Source: Promethearchaeota archaeon
GTDB taxonomy: Archaea; Asgardarchaeota; Heimdallarchaeia; Hodarchaeales; Hodarchaeaceae
Length of the DNA: 64,000 nt
NCBI GenBank assembly: GCA_048938105.1
Contig: JBHLMN010000009.1
Span: 64,001-128,000, forward strand
Direction: 5' to 3'
Of the stretch, positions 1-9,086 are shown one piece after another (the first letter of the stretch is position 1; the number at the start of each line of letters is the position of its first letter). The notes under the pieces were generated by a model. That model was not told where the DNA came from, did not search any database, and was given only the letters and a program-made list of their open reading frames with translations. A program made the translations under genes and the position numbers.

Positions 1-81
1 TCCGTAACGACTAACCTTGTTTTCTTTAAATCTAGGAGATCAGGTGAGAGATTAACTTATGGCTACTTATAAACAATCTGG

Positions 82-1023
82 TTGAGTCTGTCTAACATAA
101 CTTTAAGAAAACTATATTTCAACAGAAAATCGGAGATTTTTCTGCTAGATAATGTTATACAAATCCAAAAAAAGGCAAGAACTGCAACATTGACTGCTCT
201 AGCTGTTAACACATCACTAGGTCTATTGAAAATTATTTCAGGGTTATTAATTTCGAGTATGTCGCTAATTGCTGATGGATTCGATTCATTGATGGATTTA
301 TTTATGGGAATATTTGCTTTTCTTGGAACAATTATTGCTCAGAAACCTGCTGATGAGGATCACTTATATGGACATGAAAAAATTGAAATGATTTATTTAT
401 TATTAATAATTGGAATAATTTTAGTAACAGCAATCGGTATCTTTTTTCAAGCTCTAGATCGTTTTATAAGGGGAATAGAATTAGAATTCTCAATCTTAGG
501 GCTATTTATTGCCGTTATTTCAATTTTAGGGAAATTTACCATTTCTATTGTTGTCTTTCGAATAGCAAAACAGATTAATTCAGCTAGTCTTAAAGCAACA
601 GCATTCAACTATCTAACTGACATGTTTTCTTCTATTTTGGTTTTGATAGCAGTGATAGGAGCTTTTATTAACGTTGGGATCTTTGATTCCATTGCTGCTA
701 TTATTATCTCTCTCTTAATAACTTACATAGCTCTTAAAATGCTTAAAGAGGCCTTAAGTATTCTTTTAGACCGTGCACCTGATGAAAAAGAACTTAAGCT
801 TATAAATAATTTAGCTACTTCAGTTGAAGGTGTTAAAGAAGTTCATAAAATACGTGCAAGAATGATAAGGAGTAGAATTGTTGGTGATATGCATGTACTT
901 GTTGATCCAGAACTTTCTATTCGACAGGGCCATAAAATTAGTGAGGAAGTCTTTGATATCATTCAAAGAAATCTTGGAGCAAATATTATTATCCACTTAG
1001 AACCTTATGAGCGAAAACACTGA
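82..1023 (+). CDS. Cation diffusion facilitator (FieF/CDF) transporter
   Basis: 6 TM helices; motifs SLIADGFDSLMD, KPADEDHLYGHEK and C-terminal HVLVDP..GHKISE..IHLEP. The true start may be CTG at 142, after GGAGA. Confidence 0.9.
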   Translation: MSLSNITLRKLYFNRKSEIFLLDNVIQIQKKARTATLTALAVNTSLGLLKIISGLLISSMSLIADGFDSLMDLFMGIFAFLGTIIAQKPADEDHLYGHEKIEMIYLLLIIGIILVTAIGIFFQALDRFIRGIELEFSILGLFIAVISILGKFTISIVVFRIAKQINSASLKATAFNYLTDMFSSILVLIAVIGAFINVGIFDSIAAIIISLLITYIALKMLKEALSILLDRAPDEKELKLINNLATSVEGVKEVHKIRARMIRSRIVGDMHVLVDPELSIRQGHKISEEVFDIIQRNLGANIIIHLEPYERKH

Positions 1024-1096
1024 TATAGGGTAATTATGCATATTACCGTGAAAACAAATACGTTTGAATTGATTGATTAAATGATATCACCTAATT

Positions 1097-2473
1097 ATGA
1101 AGTGTAAAGAGACGAAGATCATGGCTATTGATGATATTGATGATTTTTCATCAGTTTCTTCTTCAATTTTTTATGCCAAAAGAAATACACTAGAAAAACA
1201 GGGTTTATTACTTAATTTAGCATCAATTGAACGTCATGATTCTTCAAAACAAACTGAATTACCAGCTCTAGGTTCTCCTTCAGAGCGTTCTTCAATTGGA
1301 AATTCTCATCTTGACGTGGAAATAGAGGAGTCACCTTCTTCTTGGAAAAAGAAAATAATTTACAAACCCCAACCACTTTCGACCTATTATTCCGAAATTC
1401 CAGTCATTAAAAAGGAAAAAAAGCCTATCAAAAAGATTAATAAGAGAAAAAGAGGGAAAAAAACTTCACCTACCAGGCAACTTCTCACATCTGCTCTACT
1501 AGAGACAAAAGAACGATTATTAACACACGAAAAATCATATTTAAAGAAAAAAACCTTATCAAGACAAGAAAAGAAAAAACGAGATCTCTGGAAAAGAAAA
1601 AAACAAACTATCGAATTAAATCACTTTATTTCAGAAATTAACGTTAGAACAAAAGAAATCCAAGCAGAAGCATTAATGAAGCCAGATGTGTATCAAATTC
1701 AACAAGAATCTACATTGAAGGAAAATGACCCCTTCCCTTTTACTAATCTAACCGAGTGGTTAATTTGGCATAACAATTATCCAGAATTAGCTTTTGTACG
1801 AGAAGCTTATGATCTAGAACAGATTCCAGAGGAAGGAGACGTTGAAATATTCTGGGTAAATGTAATGAATGACCCTGAGTTTTTTAATCCTGATTGGAGA
1901 ATAGCTGGCTCAACTATTGATCTTGATTCAATTAAATATCAAAGAAAATCCGATTGGAAACCTGAATGGGACATAATGGCTACCTACACCGATGGATTTT
2001 CTACATTCTTCAAAGATATTCATCAAATCCTGACTCAAAACCCTCAAGGATTGAATTATCGCTATTCTATCCTTCAATTTGCATTGAAAGGACTCCTCCT
2101 TTTAGATCTGGCTTATTTTGACGCGGAGAAACAAAAATGGTTTAGTAAGGGATCATTTGAAGATTTGATGATTCGTCTTAAAGAATTAGATCAATTTGTT
2201 AGTCAACAGGAAAATGTTTCAACATATCAGCAAAATTTAACGCCCTCTATGGTGAAAAACAATTGGTATTCGGGTTTGATATGCTTTGATCTATTAATTA
2301 CTCAATCAATTTACCTTAAACATTTTTCTCAAAACCAATTAACTGAAGATGAAAAGATTCATGTAATTAACCAAGCGAATTTTCGTCAAACTATTTTGAA
2401 AAAACTTTCCACGCTTGAAGAAATGGACACAACTCGTGTTAGAAGCCTACAGAGAAAACTCCAGGCATCTTAA
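1097..2473 (+). CDS. Hypothetical protein with Ser- and Lys/Arg-rich N-terminal half
   Basis: 458-aa ORF; no family recognised. Confidence 0.7.
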   Translation: MKCKETKIMAIDDIDDFSSVSSSIFYAKRNTLEKQGLLLNLASIERHDSSKQTELPALGSPSERSSIGNSHLDVEIEESPSSWKKKIIYKPQPLSTYYSEIPVIKKEKKPIKKINKRKRGKKTSPTRQLLTSALLETKERLLTHEKSYLKKKTLSRQEKKKRDLWKRKKQTIELNHFISEINVRTKEIQAEALMKPDVYQIQQESTLKENDPFPFTNLTEWLIWHNNYPELAFVREAYDLEQIPEEGDVEIFWVNVMNDPEFFNPDWRIAGSTIDLDSIKYQRKSDWKPEWDIMATYTDGFSTFFKDIHQILTQNPQGLNYRYSILQFALKGLLLLDLAYFDAEKQKWFSKGSFEDLMIRLKELDQFVSQQENVSTYQQNLTPSMVKNNWYSGLICFDLLITQSIYLKHFSQNQLTEDEKIHVINQANFRQTILKKLSTLEEMDTTRVRSLQRKLQAS

Positions 2474-2514
2474 ATGTGAGAATACGTGTTCTCTAAGTAA
2501 ATATTTTTCAGATT

Positions 2515-3597
2515 TTATCGCGTGACTGGAAACCTTAAAATCTGTTCTCTAAGACCCTTTAATTTTGAATTCGTTTCAAATGCTTTTCTTACAGGCTGAA
2601 TCATCTCATTTAAGTAAAAAGCCACCGCACTTTTTAGATCAGCAGGGTGAACTTCCTTATTTTGAAAAGTAGTTTCAAGATCGAGATATGAAGTGAATTC
2701 AATGTCTCCACCAAATTTATCAGCTCGTTCGACTTTGAATTTGTCATATTTCTCAAAAATAAAATATCGAATATATTCGAGAATAGGATTGTCTTCAACA
2801 GTTTCAGGACAGTAAGCTTTTTGGATTTTTCTTTTAATCTCCTTTTCAGTATCAGTCATAAAGATTGCTGCATCAGGATTTGATTTAGACATCTTCAAAT
2901 CAAGCACTTTTTCCTCAATACTTGCATAGGATTCCTTAGGAGGATTGAGGCCGCGTACCATGTGATGTGAAATCACTATTGGCTTACTCCCGAATAATTT
3001 CGGTCCTACCTCACGCGCCAGCATGTTAACTTTACGTTGATCCATACCTAGTTGAGTCACATCAACATCTTGCCAAAATATGTCCGCACATTGCATACAC
3101 GGATAGAGAATTTGAGACGCTTGAAGCATATCTGTTTGAGATCTTCCCATGATTTGAGCGGTTCTAATGATGCGTTTAAGGGTGGAATTACGTGCAATTT
3201 GCATAACTTTTTTCCAGTAATCGTCATTCCTCACAAACTCGGATGCCCAAAGAAAGTTCACATTTTCGAGATCCATTCCTGTTTGTCGCCATATTTCTAT
3301 TAAGTACTTCCCCGCTGTTTGAATATCAGTGAGATTTCCCCCAAGTTTGTTGTTAGCCCAACCATGCCAATCAGCTACTAGCATATTAAAAGTAGCACCA
3401 GCTTTAATCATCTTGTTAACATTAATTGCTCGAAGAATGCCTTGTGCAATGTGAATTTGGCCACTGGGTTCGAATCCATCATAAGTAATAAAACTTTTTT
3501 TTGCGTCTAATAATTCAATCAATTCTTCTTCAGTCACAATTTCCTCTCCCACACTTCTGATCAATTTTAATCGTTTTTCAGTACTCAATTTTATCAC
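2515..3597 (-). CDS. tyrS: Tyrosine--tRNA ligase (archaeal/eukaryotic type)
   Basis: YDGFEPSGQIHIAQG (HIGH-like), YPCMQCADIF, QLGMDQRKVNMLARE, KMSKS, HPADLK. Confidence 0.97.
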   Translation of the reverse strand: MIKLSTEKRLKLIRSVGEEIVTEEELIELLDAKKSFITYDGFEPSGQIHIAQGILRAINVNKMIKAGATFNMLVADWHGWANNKLGGNLTDIQTAGKYLIEIWRQTGMDLENVNFLWASEFVRNDDYWKKVMQIARNSTLKRIIRTAQIMGRSQTDMLQASQILYPCMQCADIFWQDVDVTQLGMDQRKVNMLAREVGPKLFGSKPIVISHHMVRGLNPPKESYASIEEKVLDLKMSKSNPDAAIFMTDTEKEIKRKIQKAYCPETVEDNPILEYIRYFIFEKYDKFKVERADKFGGDIEFTSYLDLETTFQNKEVHPADLKSAVAFYLNEMIQPVRKAFETNSKLKGLREQILRFPVTR

Positions 3598-3773
3598 TTT
3601 ATGATAGATATAAGTTTTATTAAAACTTGTTGAGCAATCAAGAACTTCTCATTTGTTTCAAACATGATTAAAGACTATCTTGAGCAAGATGGAAGACTCT
3701 GTTTTAGGGTTGCGATATTAATATTATTGGACAAATGAAAAATTTTTTTATTCTAATAGATTATTTTTAAAGT

Positions 3774-4469
3774 ATGAAAACTATTGGTCTTATCGGAGGT
3801 ATGAGTTGGGAGTCCTCACATGAATATTACCAAATAATTAATGAAACAGTCAAAGAATACCTTGGAGGGTTACACTCTGCGAAGAGTATTATGTATTCTT
3901 TTGATTTCGATGAAATCGAGTCTCTTCAACATCAAGGGAGATGGGTAGAACTAGGCAAATTAGTAATTGATGCTGCTCAAAAACTTGAGAAAGTAGGAGC
4001 AGACCTGATCGTGATTTGTACAAATACAGTACATAAAGTAGCTGACGAGGTGCAAAACAATATCAATATCCCATTATGGCATATAGTCGACGCAACTGCT
4101 GAAAAAATAAATGAAAAGGGACTCCGAAAAGTTGGATTATTAGGAACCAAATTCACCATGGAAGAGGGTTTCTATAAAAACCGATTAACAGAAAAATATG
4201 GTTTACAAGTGATAATTCCAAAGAGAGAAGGGCGACAAATAATACATGACATTATTTACAGAGAATTAGTTATTGGTTTAATAGAAGAAAGATCAAAAGT
4301 AAAATTCATTGAAATAATTCAGCAACTTAAGACAATGGGAGTACAGGGGATAATCCTTGGATGCACAGAAATTCCTCTTTTAATAAAACAAGAAGATGTG
4401 GATCTCCCATTGTTTGATACAACAACAATCCATGCTAGCTCAGCAGCTAAATATGCTTTAAGAACATAA
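3774..4469 (+). CDS. Aspartate/glutamate racemase family amino-acid racemase (RacX/YgeA-like)
   Basis: MKTIGLIGGMSWES, ICTNT, LGCTEIPLL, FDTT. Confidence 0.95.
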   Translation: MKTIGLIGGMSWESSHEYYQIINETVKEYLGGLHSAKSIMYSFDFDEIESLQHQGRWVELGKLVIDAAQKLEKVGADLIVICTNTVHKVADEVQNNINIPLWHIVDATAEKINEKGLRKVGLLGTKFTMEEGFYKNRLTEKYGLQVIIPKREGRQIIHDIIYRELVIGLIEERSKVKFIEIIQQLKTMGVQGIILGCTEIPLLIKQEDVDLPLFDTTTIHASSAAKYALRT

Positions 4470-4672
4470 GAAGTAATATTGACATAATTAGTTATCTAGT
4501 TCATTCTTGAAAAGAAAATCCCCCTAAATATAATCTTTTTTCATCTACAGGAAAAATCTTACAATATGATATTTAATAAGGAGTCTATATTTCCCTAGTA
4601 CTTAATATAAAGGAAAAAACTGTTAGTTAACTGTTACACACTTTTTCAGTTAAGGTAGTAAAAATCTATTTT

Positions 4673-4701
4673 GTGTTCAATCACTAGAACACTTAATGTT
4701 C
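4673..4701. promoter_or_regulatory. Overlapping inverted repeats GTGTTC-N8-GAACAC and GAACA-N5-TGTTC upstream of the 4752 operon
   Basis: Read directly; 50-80 bp upstream of a two-gene unit that ends in a wHTH regulator. Confidence 0.35.
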
Positions 4702-4751
4702 AAACTGTAGAATTAAAAATTAACAAGATTTCATTGAATTAGTGATTTTTT

Positions 4752-5570
4752 ATGAATAGAATTTATATGAATATAATTTTAGGAGTTAGTATGACTGCAA
4801 TTGTCTCTTTAGGAGGCCTTTTTGCTACTCCTCTTTTGATGACTTATTTTTTTCCAGATCAGATTAAAGAAATTCGCCGTGCAGACCACATTTACCATGT
4901 ATCCTTCGATTATCATAATTATACGGGATTATCTCTTCCAATCACATCACTAGAAATTTTTTATAGAGTATTCAACAGTACGAAGTTACAACATCCTGAC
5001 CCATATTTTGTGGGTATTTTTGTGACAAGAGAAGGCGTGAATAAAGATGAATATATAACAAATGACTCAATATGGAATTTTCATGCTTACCAAGGTTATG
5101 AATATAATGATTGGAATGTTGCGATGGTCTTTGGTACTCATACAAAAGTAAATCCAGACATTTATATTCATCATAACTATATTTCTTATGAAGTGACCCT
5201 TTTCAGTCAAATGATACTGGAAGCACTTTCAACCGCGCCAGTTGTTAATGAACTTGACTTATTTCCAGCCTTAAATTATTCAGAAAGACGTAAATATACT
5301 GGTGATTGGCAAATGCCAGAGAATTGGGAATTTTCAACAAGAATAACGTTTGAAAACGCTACATCAATAGAAATAGATGCACACAGAGATGGCTGGTTAA
5401 AATCTACAAGATTTCATTGTGAGCAATGGGGTACCACCGAAGAAGGAATACCATATTGTGTTGTTGGTGTAGGCGACCCTTGCATCTATAAAGAATATGG
5501 GGCTACATTCGATGATTTTCATCAAACTTTCGGAAATTATGCTCGTACTCATATAAGTTGGATTAAATAA
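4752..5570 (+). CDS. Hypothetical membrane-anchored extracellular protein
   Basis: N-terminal hydrophobic helix followed by a soluble domain with three C-terminal Cys. Confidence 0.75.
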   Translation: MNRIYMNIILGVSMTAIVSLGGLFATPLLMTYFFPDQIKEIRRADHIYHVSFDYHNYTGLSLPITSLEIFYRVFNSTKLQHPDPYFVGIFVTREGVNKDEYITNDSIWNFHAYQGYEYNDWNVAMVFGTHTKVNPDIYIHHNYISYEVTLFSQMILEALSTAPVVNELDLFPALNYSERRKYTGDWQMPENWEFSTRITFENATSIEIDAHRDGWLKSTRFHCEQWGTTEEGIPYCVVGVGDPCIYKEYGATFDDFHQTFGNYARTHISWIK

Positions 5571-5572
5571 GG

Positions 5573-6085
5573 ATGATTTTTGTGGAGAAAAGTAAAAATC
5601 AGTATATAGAAAGAGAAATCTCCCATCATAATGAGATTGATCTTAATAATCTTAGAAAGGACTTGAGAGGTACGACTTTACAAGTTTACTTACTTCTTGC
5701 GAAGACAAAGGATCGGAATTTTGGAGTTCGGGAGATACAACGAGTATTAAATATGAGTAGTGTTTCTCTAGCAGATTATCATCTGAAAAAACTCGAAGAG
5801 CTAAAATTAGTGGAGAAAAACTCCCAAGGTAAATATAGAGTAACCGAACTAATTCCAATTGGTGAAATGGAAGAGTTTCTTGTATTGAAGGGTAGATATT
5901 TACCAAAGGAGATTTTTTATTTATCATTCTCTACCTCAGCTTTGATCCTTAGTGTAGTATTCTTTCTTCTAAAATTTTGGGGGCCAATGTTGGCTATCCT
6001 TTTTGCAAGTGCTTTTTTAAGTACAATCTATTCATGGATGAGATTTTTATCCCTTTGGAGAAGAAAAAGTGAAGAATCTTATTAA
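5573..6085 (+). CDS. Winged-HTH transcriptional regulator with two C-terminal TM helices
   Basis: GTTLQVYLLL..GVREIQRVLNMSSVSLADYHLKKLEELKLVEK..GKY, then two hydrophobic segments. Confidence 0.85.
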   Translation: MIFVEKSKNQYIEREISHHNEIDLNNLRKDLRGTTLQVYLLLAKTKDRNFGVREIQRVLNMSSVSLADYHLKKLEELKLVEKNSQGKYRVTELIPIGEMEEFLVLKGRYLPKEIFYLSFSTSALILSVVFFLLKFWGPMLAILFASAFLSTIYSWMRFLSLWRRKSEESY

Positions 6086-6179
6086 TATGCTATTAAAGAC
6101 TTATTAACTCCTCTAGAATTGAAATTAATTTTTAAGAAAGGCTCTTTTAAAATTATTTGATTAACACAACGATTCATTT

Positions 6180-6275
6180 ACTGAAATTCCTCTTCTGATA
6201 AAACAAGATGATGTAAGTATCCCAGTATTTGACACTACAACCATTCGGATACTATTAGCAATTGAGTTCGTATTA
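6180..6275 (+). pseudogene. Remnant of a second Asp/Glu racemase (C-terminal fragment)
   Basis: Translates TEIPLLIKQDDVSIPVFDTTTIRILLAIEFVL; intact gene (4365-4460) reads TEIPLLIKQEDVDLPLFDTTTIHASSAAKYAL. Confidence 0.85.
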
Positions 6276-6326
6276 GTGAACGTGAATCCATACCTTCATC
6301 ACTTAAATTTAGGTTTGAGTATAGGA

Positions 6327-8969
6327 TTAAAAATGTCTCTCATCTTTTTGTTCAAGGTGAGAATCCATAAACTTCTCAAAATCGGTCCAAGTAACTTGTT
6401 TCTTTTTCACTTGAAATGAAAGATCGCTATGTAGTGCATTTGCAATCACAGTATTCACGGAACGACGACTTGTTATTTGAGAACTGACAAAAGTAATTAC
6501 TAGGGAAATTGCTACCCAGAAAATTATGAAAATAATATTAGCATTTGTTTCAATTGGAATTGAAAAACTAATATACCATTCCAATAATTCAGCCCCAATA
6601 TAACCATTGAAAACTCCAAAAATAACCCCAGTTACCCCGAGTAGGATAGATTCTGCAGAAAAAATAGATAAGACATCGCTTTGTGACAACCCCATTGCCC
6701 TCATGACACCTATTTCTCTATCCATCCTAAAAATCGTCATTAGAATATTGAGTAACTGAGCTAGAGCTGAAAGAAGAAATGTATAGATAATGAGGATTTG
6801 AAAGAAAAGGACTGAAACCTTTAGTGAACTTTCAATGACTTTAGCATAGTGATCTATCGCATTTACAGTCTGCAATTCAGAATACTGTCCTAAAAGTTGA
6901 CTTGCTACAATATTCGCTGATCCGCTCTCTGGTGAAGTGTCCATAACAATCCATTTAGCGGTTTTATTCGACCAATATTCTCGGAATAAATCACTTGAGA
7001 TATATAAATATAATCCATCCTGCAAAAAAGGATTACCTGATGTTATCCCTTTTAGTGTCATATTAACAGCTGAAGTTGACGTTACCTGAACTTTTAAATT
7101 CTCCCCAATTCTTGCACCAATTCGAGCTAGAAGAATGTCACTTATTATTGCTCCGTTCTCCGTTGAATTCAACAATACTGGAATATCAGCCTCTGGTGGA
7201 TTGATCATTGTCTCTTCAATGAAATATTTATATGAATCAGGGTTCACTCCGAAAATTACTGCGTCAATACTGTCAATTTTTGTTCTTTGCTGTTGCATAA
7301 ACTCTGCTCTTTTTATGTCAGAGTTATTCATTGCTAAATCTTTGACAAAAGATACTGGAACTTCAACATTGTCCTTAGTTTCCGCAATGATTTGAATCCG
7401 ACCATATCGTTCTTTATAATAATTCGGAACTGATGCAATAATTGCAGCAGACGTGATACCAATAATTAAAATGAAAGAAAGGGCGAGAGCTGTTACCATG
7501 ATTGTAATGGTTGATTTTTGTGATTCTCTTTCAATATTTCTTGTAGCTATTGTCCTAGCCAAAAGACCAGACCAGATCTTAAACTTCATTCCGACCCCAG
7601 GTAAAAAATGCAATAAACCAATCTCAAGAAGAAAGATTCCTAATAAAATAGACCACACAACAAAAAAATGCCAAGAAAATATCTCAAATACTAAGAATCT
7701 ACTAGCACCAACGAAATTGGTCGTTATAAGTCCACTAAAAATCAAAACTGTCCCAATAATTAAAAAAAATACCCAAATCTTAGATTTAGTCTTTTTTCTT
7801 CTCACCTTCCAGTGAATATTCTGAACTACAGGGAGTGAAATGGCTTTGAATATAGGATATAACCCAGCTACCATTGTGATGAAAACACCTGTTATGAATG
7901 CAGAAAGGATTGTATTAGGCTTTATTGTTAATGCAAATATTCTTAATCTAGGGTAATTAAAATTTAAAATAAAGACAGAAATAAAAGAAAAACCTATTCC
8001 TAAAAGAATACCAAGAAAACTAGCAATTCCACCATAAAATAGTAATTCTAAACCAAGAAAAAAGAAAAATTGGAGATTAGATGAGCCTATTGCTTTTAAG
8101 ATACCAAATTCTTTGGCACGATCTCTAATATTTATAGCGAGAATGTTTGCAATAAATAAAAATTCGATAACAATTGATGCCATGATAATTAGATTCATCG
8201 CAGCTTGATAAGATTGAATGGCTAATATATCAAAATAGCTAATCGTTTTTTCACGATGAACCTCAAAATCAGGCCCAACAAAATCCTGAATATCTTTAGC
8301 TACATTATTAAGATCAATGAAATCCTTAACCATCACTGCTAAATGAAAAGCTAAATGTTTCTCAGTAGTGAATAAGCTAATTAAATAATCTAAATCAATA
8401 AGAATGAAATAAAAGCCGATATAATTACCAAAGTATACTCTATCACTCATTATTCCTTGAATAGATGTGTTAACTCCTTGAAAGTTCATTTGAGAACTTT
8501 TAGGGAGATTAATAGTTCCACCCACCTGGAGTTCCTTTGCAGCCGAGAAAGAAACTATTACATTAGGAGGTTCCAATGGAGTTTCACCTCCTATTTCCTC
8601 TAATTGAGCACTATCTGGGTGTGTTTCAGCTTTTAATCCATATAGAATGATATTATTGGAAATATTTTCTAATGAATCGATCTCTGCGACTTTAAAAATC
8701 GCTACTGGACTAACCCTTTTAACGCCTTTTAGGGATTGTACATTCCCACTTAAAGTCTTCAACTCTTCAATTGTAGAATTATACTTAGGATGAATAGTGA
8801 TGTCAGTAAAGATATCTCCTCGATGTCTCTCAATGAAATCTTCGTAAAGAGAATCAATGGTAATAGCTATCCCTACTTCTAATCCTACAGAAACACTTAT
8901 TGCTGCAACAATTAAATATGTTCGAAACTTATGACGAGTAACGTTTCGCAAAGGAAGTGTTAACGACAT
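6327..8969 (-). CDS. ABC transporter permease, duplicated FtsX/MacB type
   Basis: Two FtsX halves (DRAKEFGILKAIG, DREIGVMRAMG) with large extracytoplasmic domains. Confidence 0.9.
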   Translation of the reverse strand: MSLTLPLRNVTRHKFRTYLIVAAISVSVGLEVGIAITIDSLYEDFIERHRGDIFTDITIHPKYNSTIEELKTLSGNVQSLKGVKRVSPVAIFKVAEIDSLENISNNIILYGLKAETHPDSAQLEEIGGETPLEPPNVIVSFSAAKELQVGGTINLPKSSQMNFQGVNTSIQGIMSDRVYFGNYIGFYFILIDLDYLISLFTTEKHLAFHLAVMVKDFIDLNNVAKDIQDFVGPDFEVHREKTISYFDILAIQSYQAAMNLIIMASIVIEFLFIANILAINIRDRAKEFGILKAIGSSNLQFFFFLGLELLFYGGIASFLGILLGIGFSFISVFILNFNYPRLRIFALTIKPNTILSAFITGVFITMVAGLYPIFKAISLPVVQNIHWKVRRKKTKSKIWVFFLIIGTVLIFSGLITTNFVGASRFLVFEIFSWHFFVVWSILLGIFLLEIGLLHFLPGVGMKFKIWSGLLARTIATRNIERESQKSTITIMVTALALSFILIIGITSAAIIASVPNYYKERYGRIQIIAETKDNVEVPVSFVKDLAMNNSDIKRAEFMQQQRTKIDSIDAVIFGVNPDSYKYFIEETMINPPEADIPVLLNSTENGAIISDILLARIGARIGENLKVQVTSTSAVNMTLKGITSGNPFLQDGLYLYISSDLFREYWSNKTAKWIVMDTSPESGSANIVASQLLGQYSELQTVNAIDHYAKVIESSLKVSVLFFQILIIYTFLLSALAQLLNILMTIFRMDREIGVMRAMGLSQSDVLSIFSAESILLGVTGVIFGVFNGYIGAELLEWYISFSIPIETNANIIFIIFWVAISLVITFVSSQITSRRSVNTVIANALHSDLSFQVKKKQVTWTDFEKFMDSHLEQKDERHF

Positions 8970-9086
8970 ATTGAATTCGTTTTTTGAAATTACACAAATC
9001 GGTTAAATATCATACTATTCTTTCACTTTGTATTCAAAAAATATATTTAATTCGCAAGCCAATTCAGCAGTCTGAGGTTCATTGAT

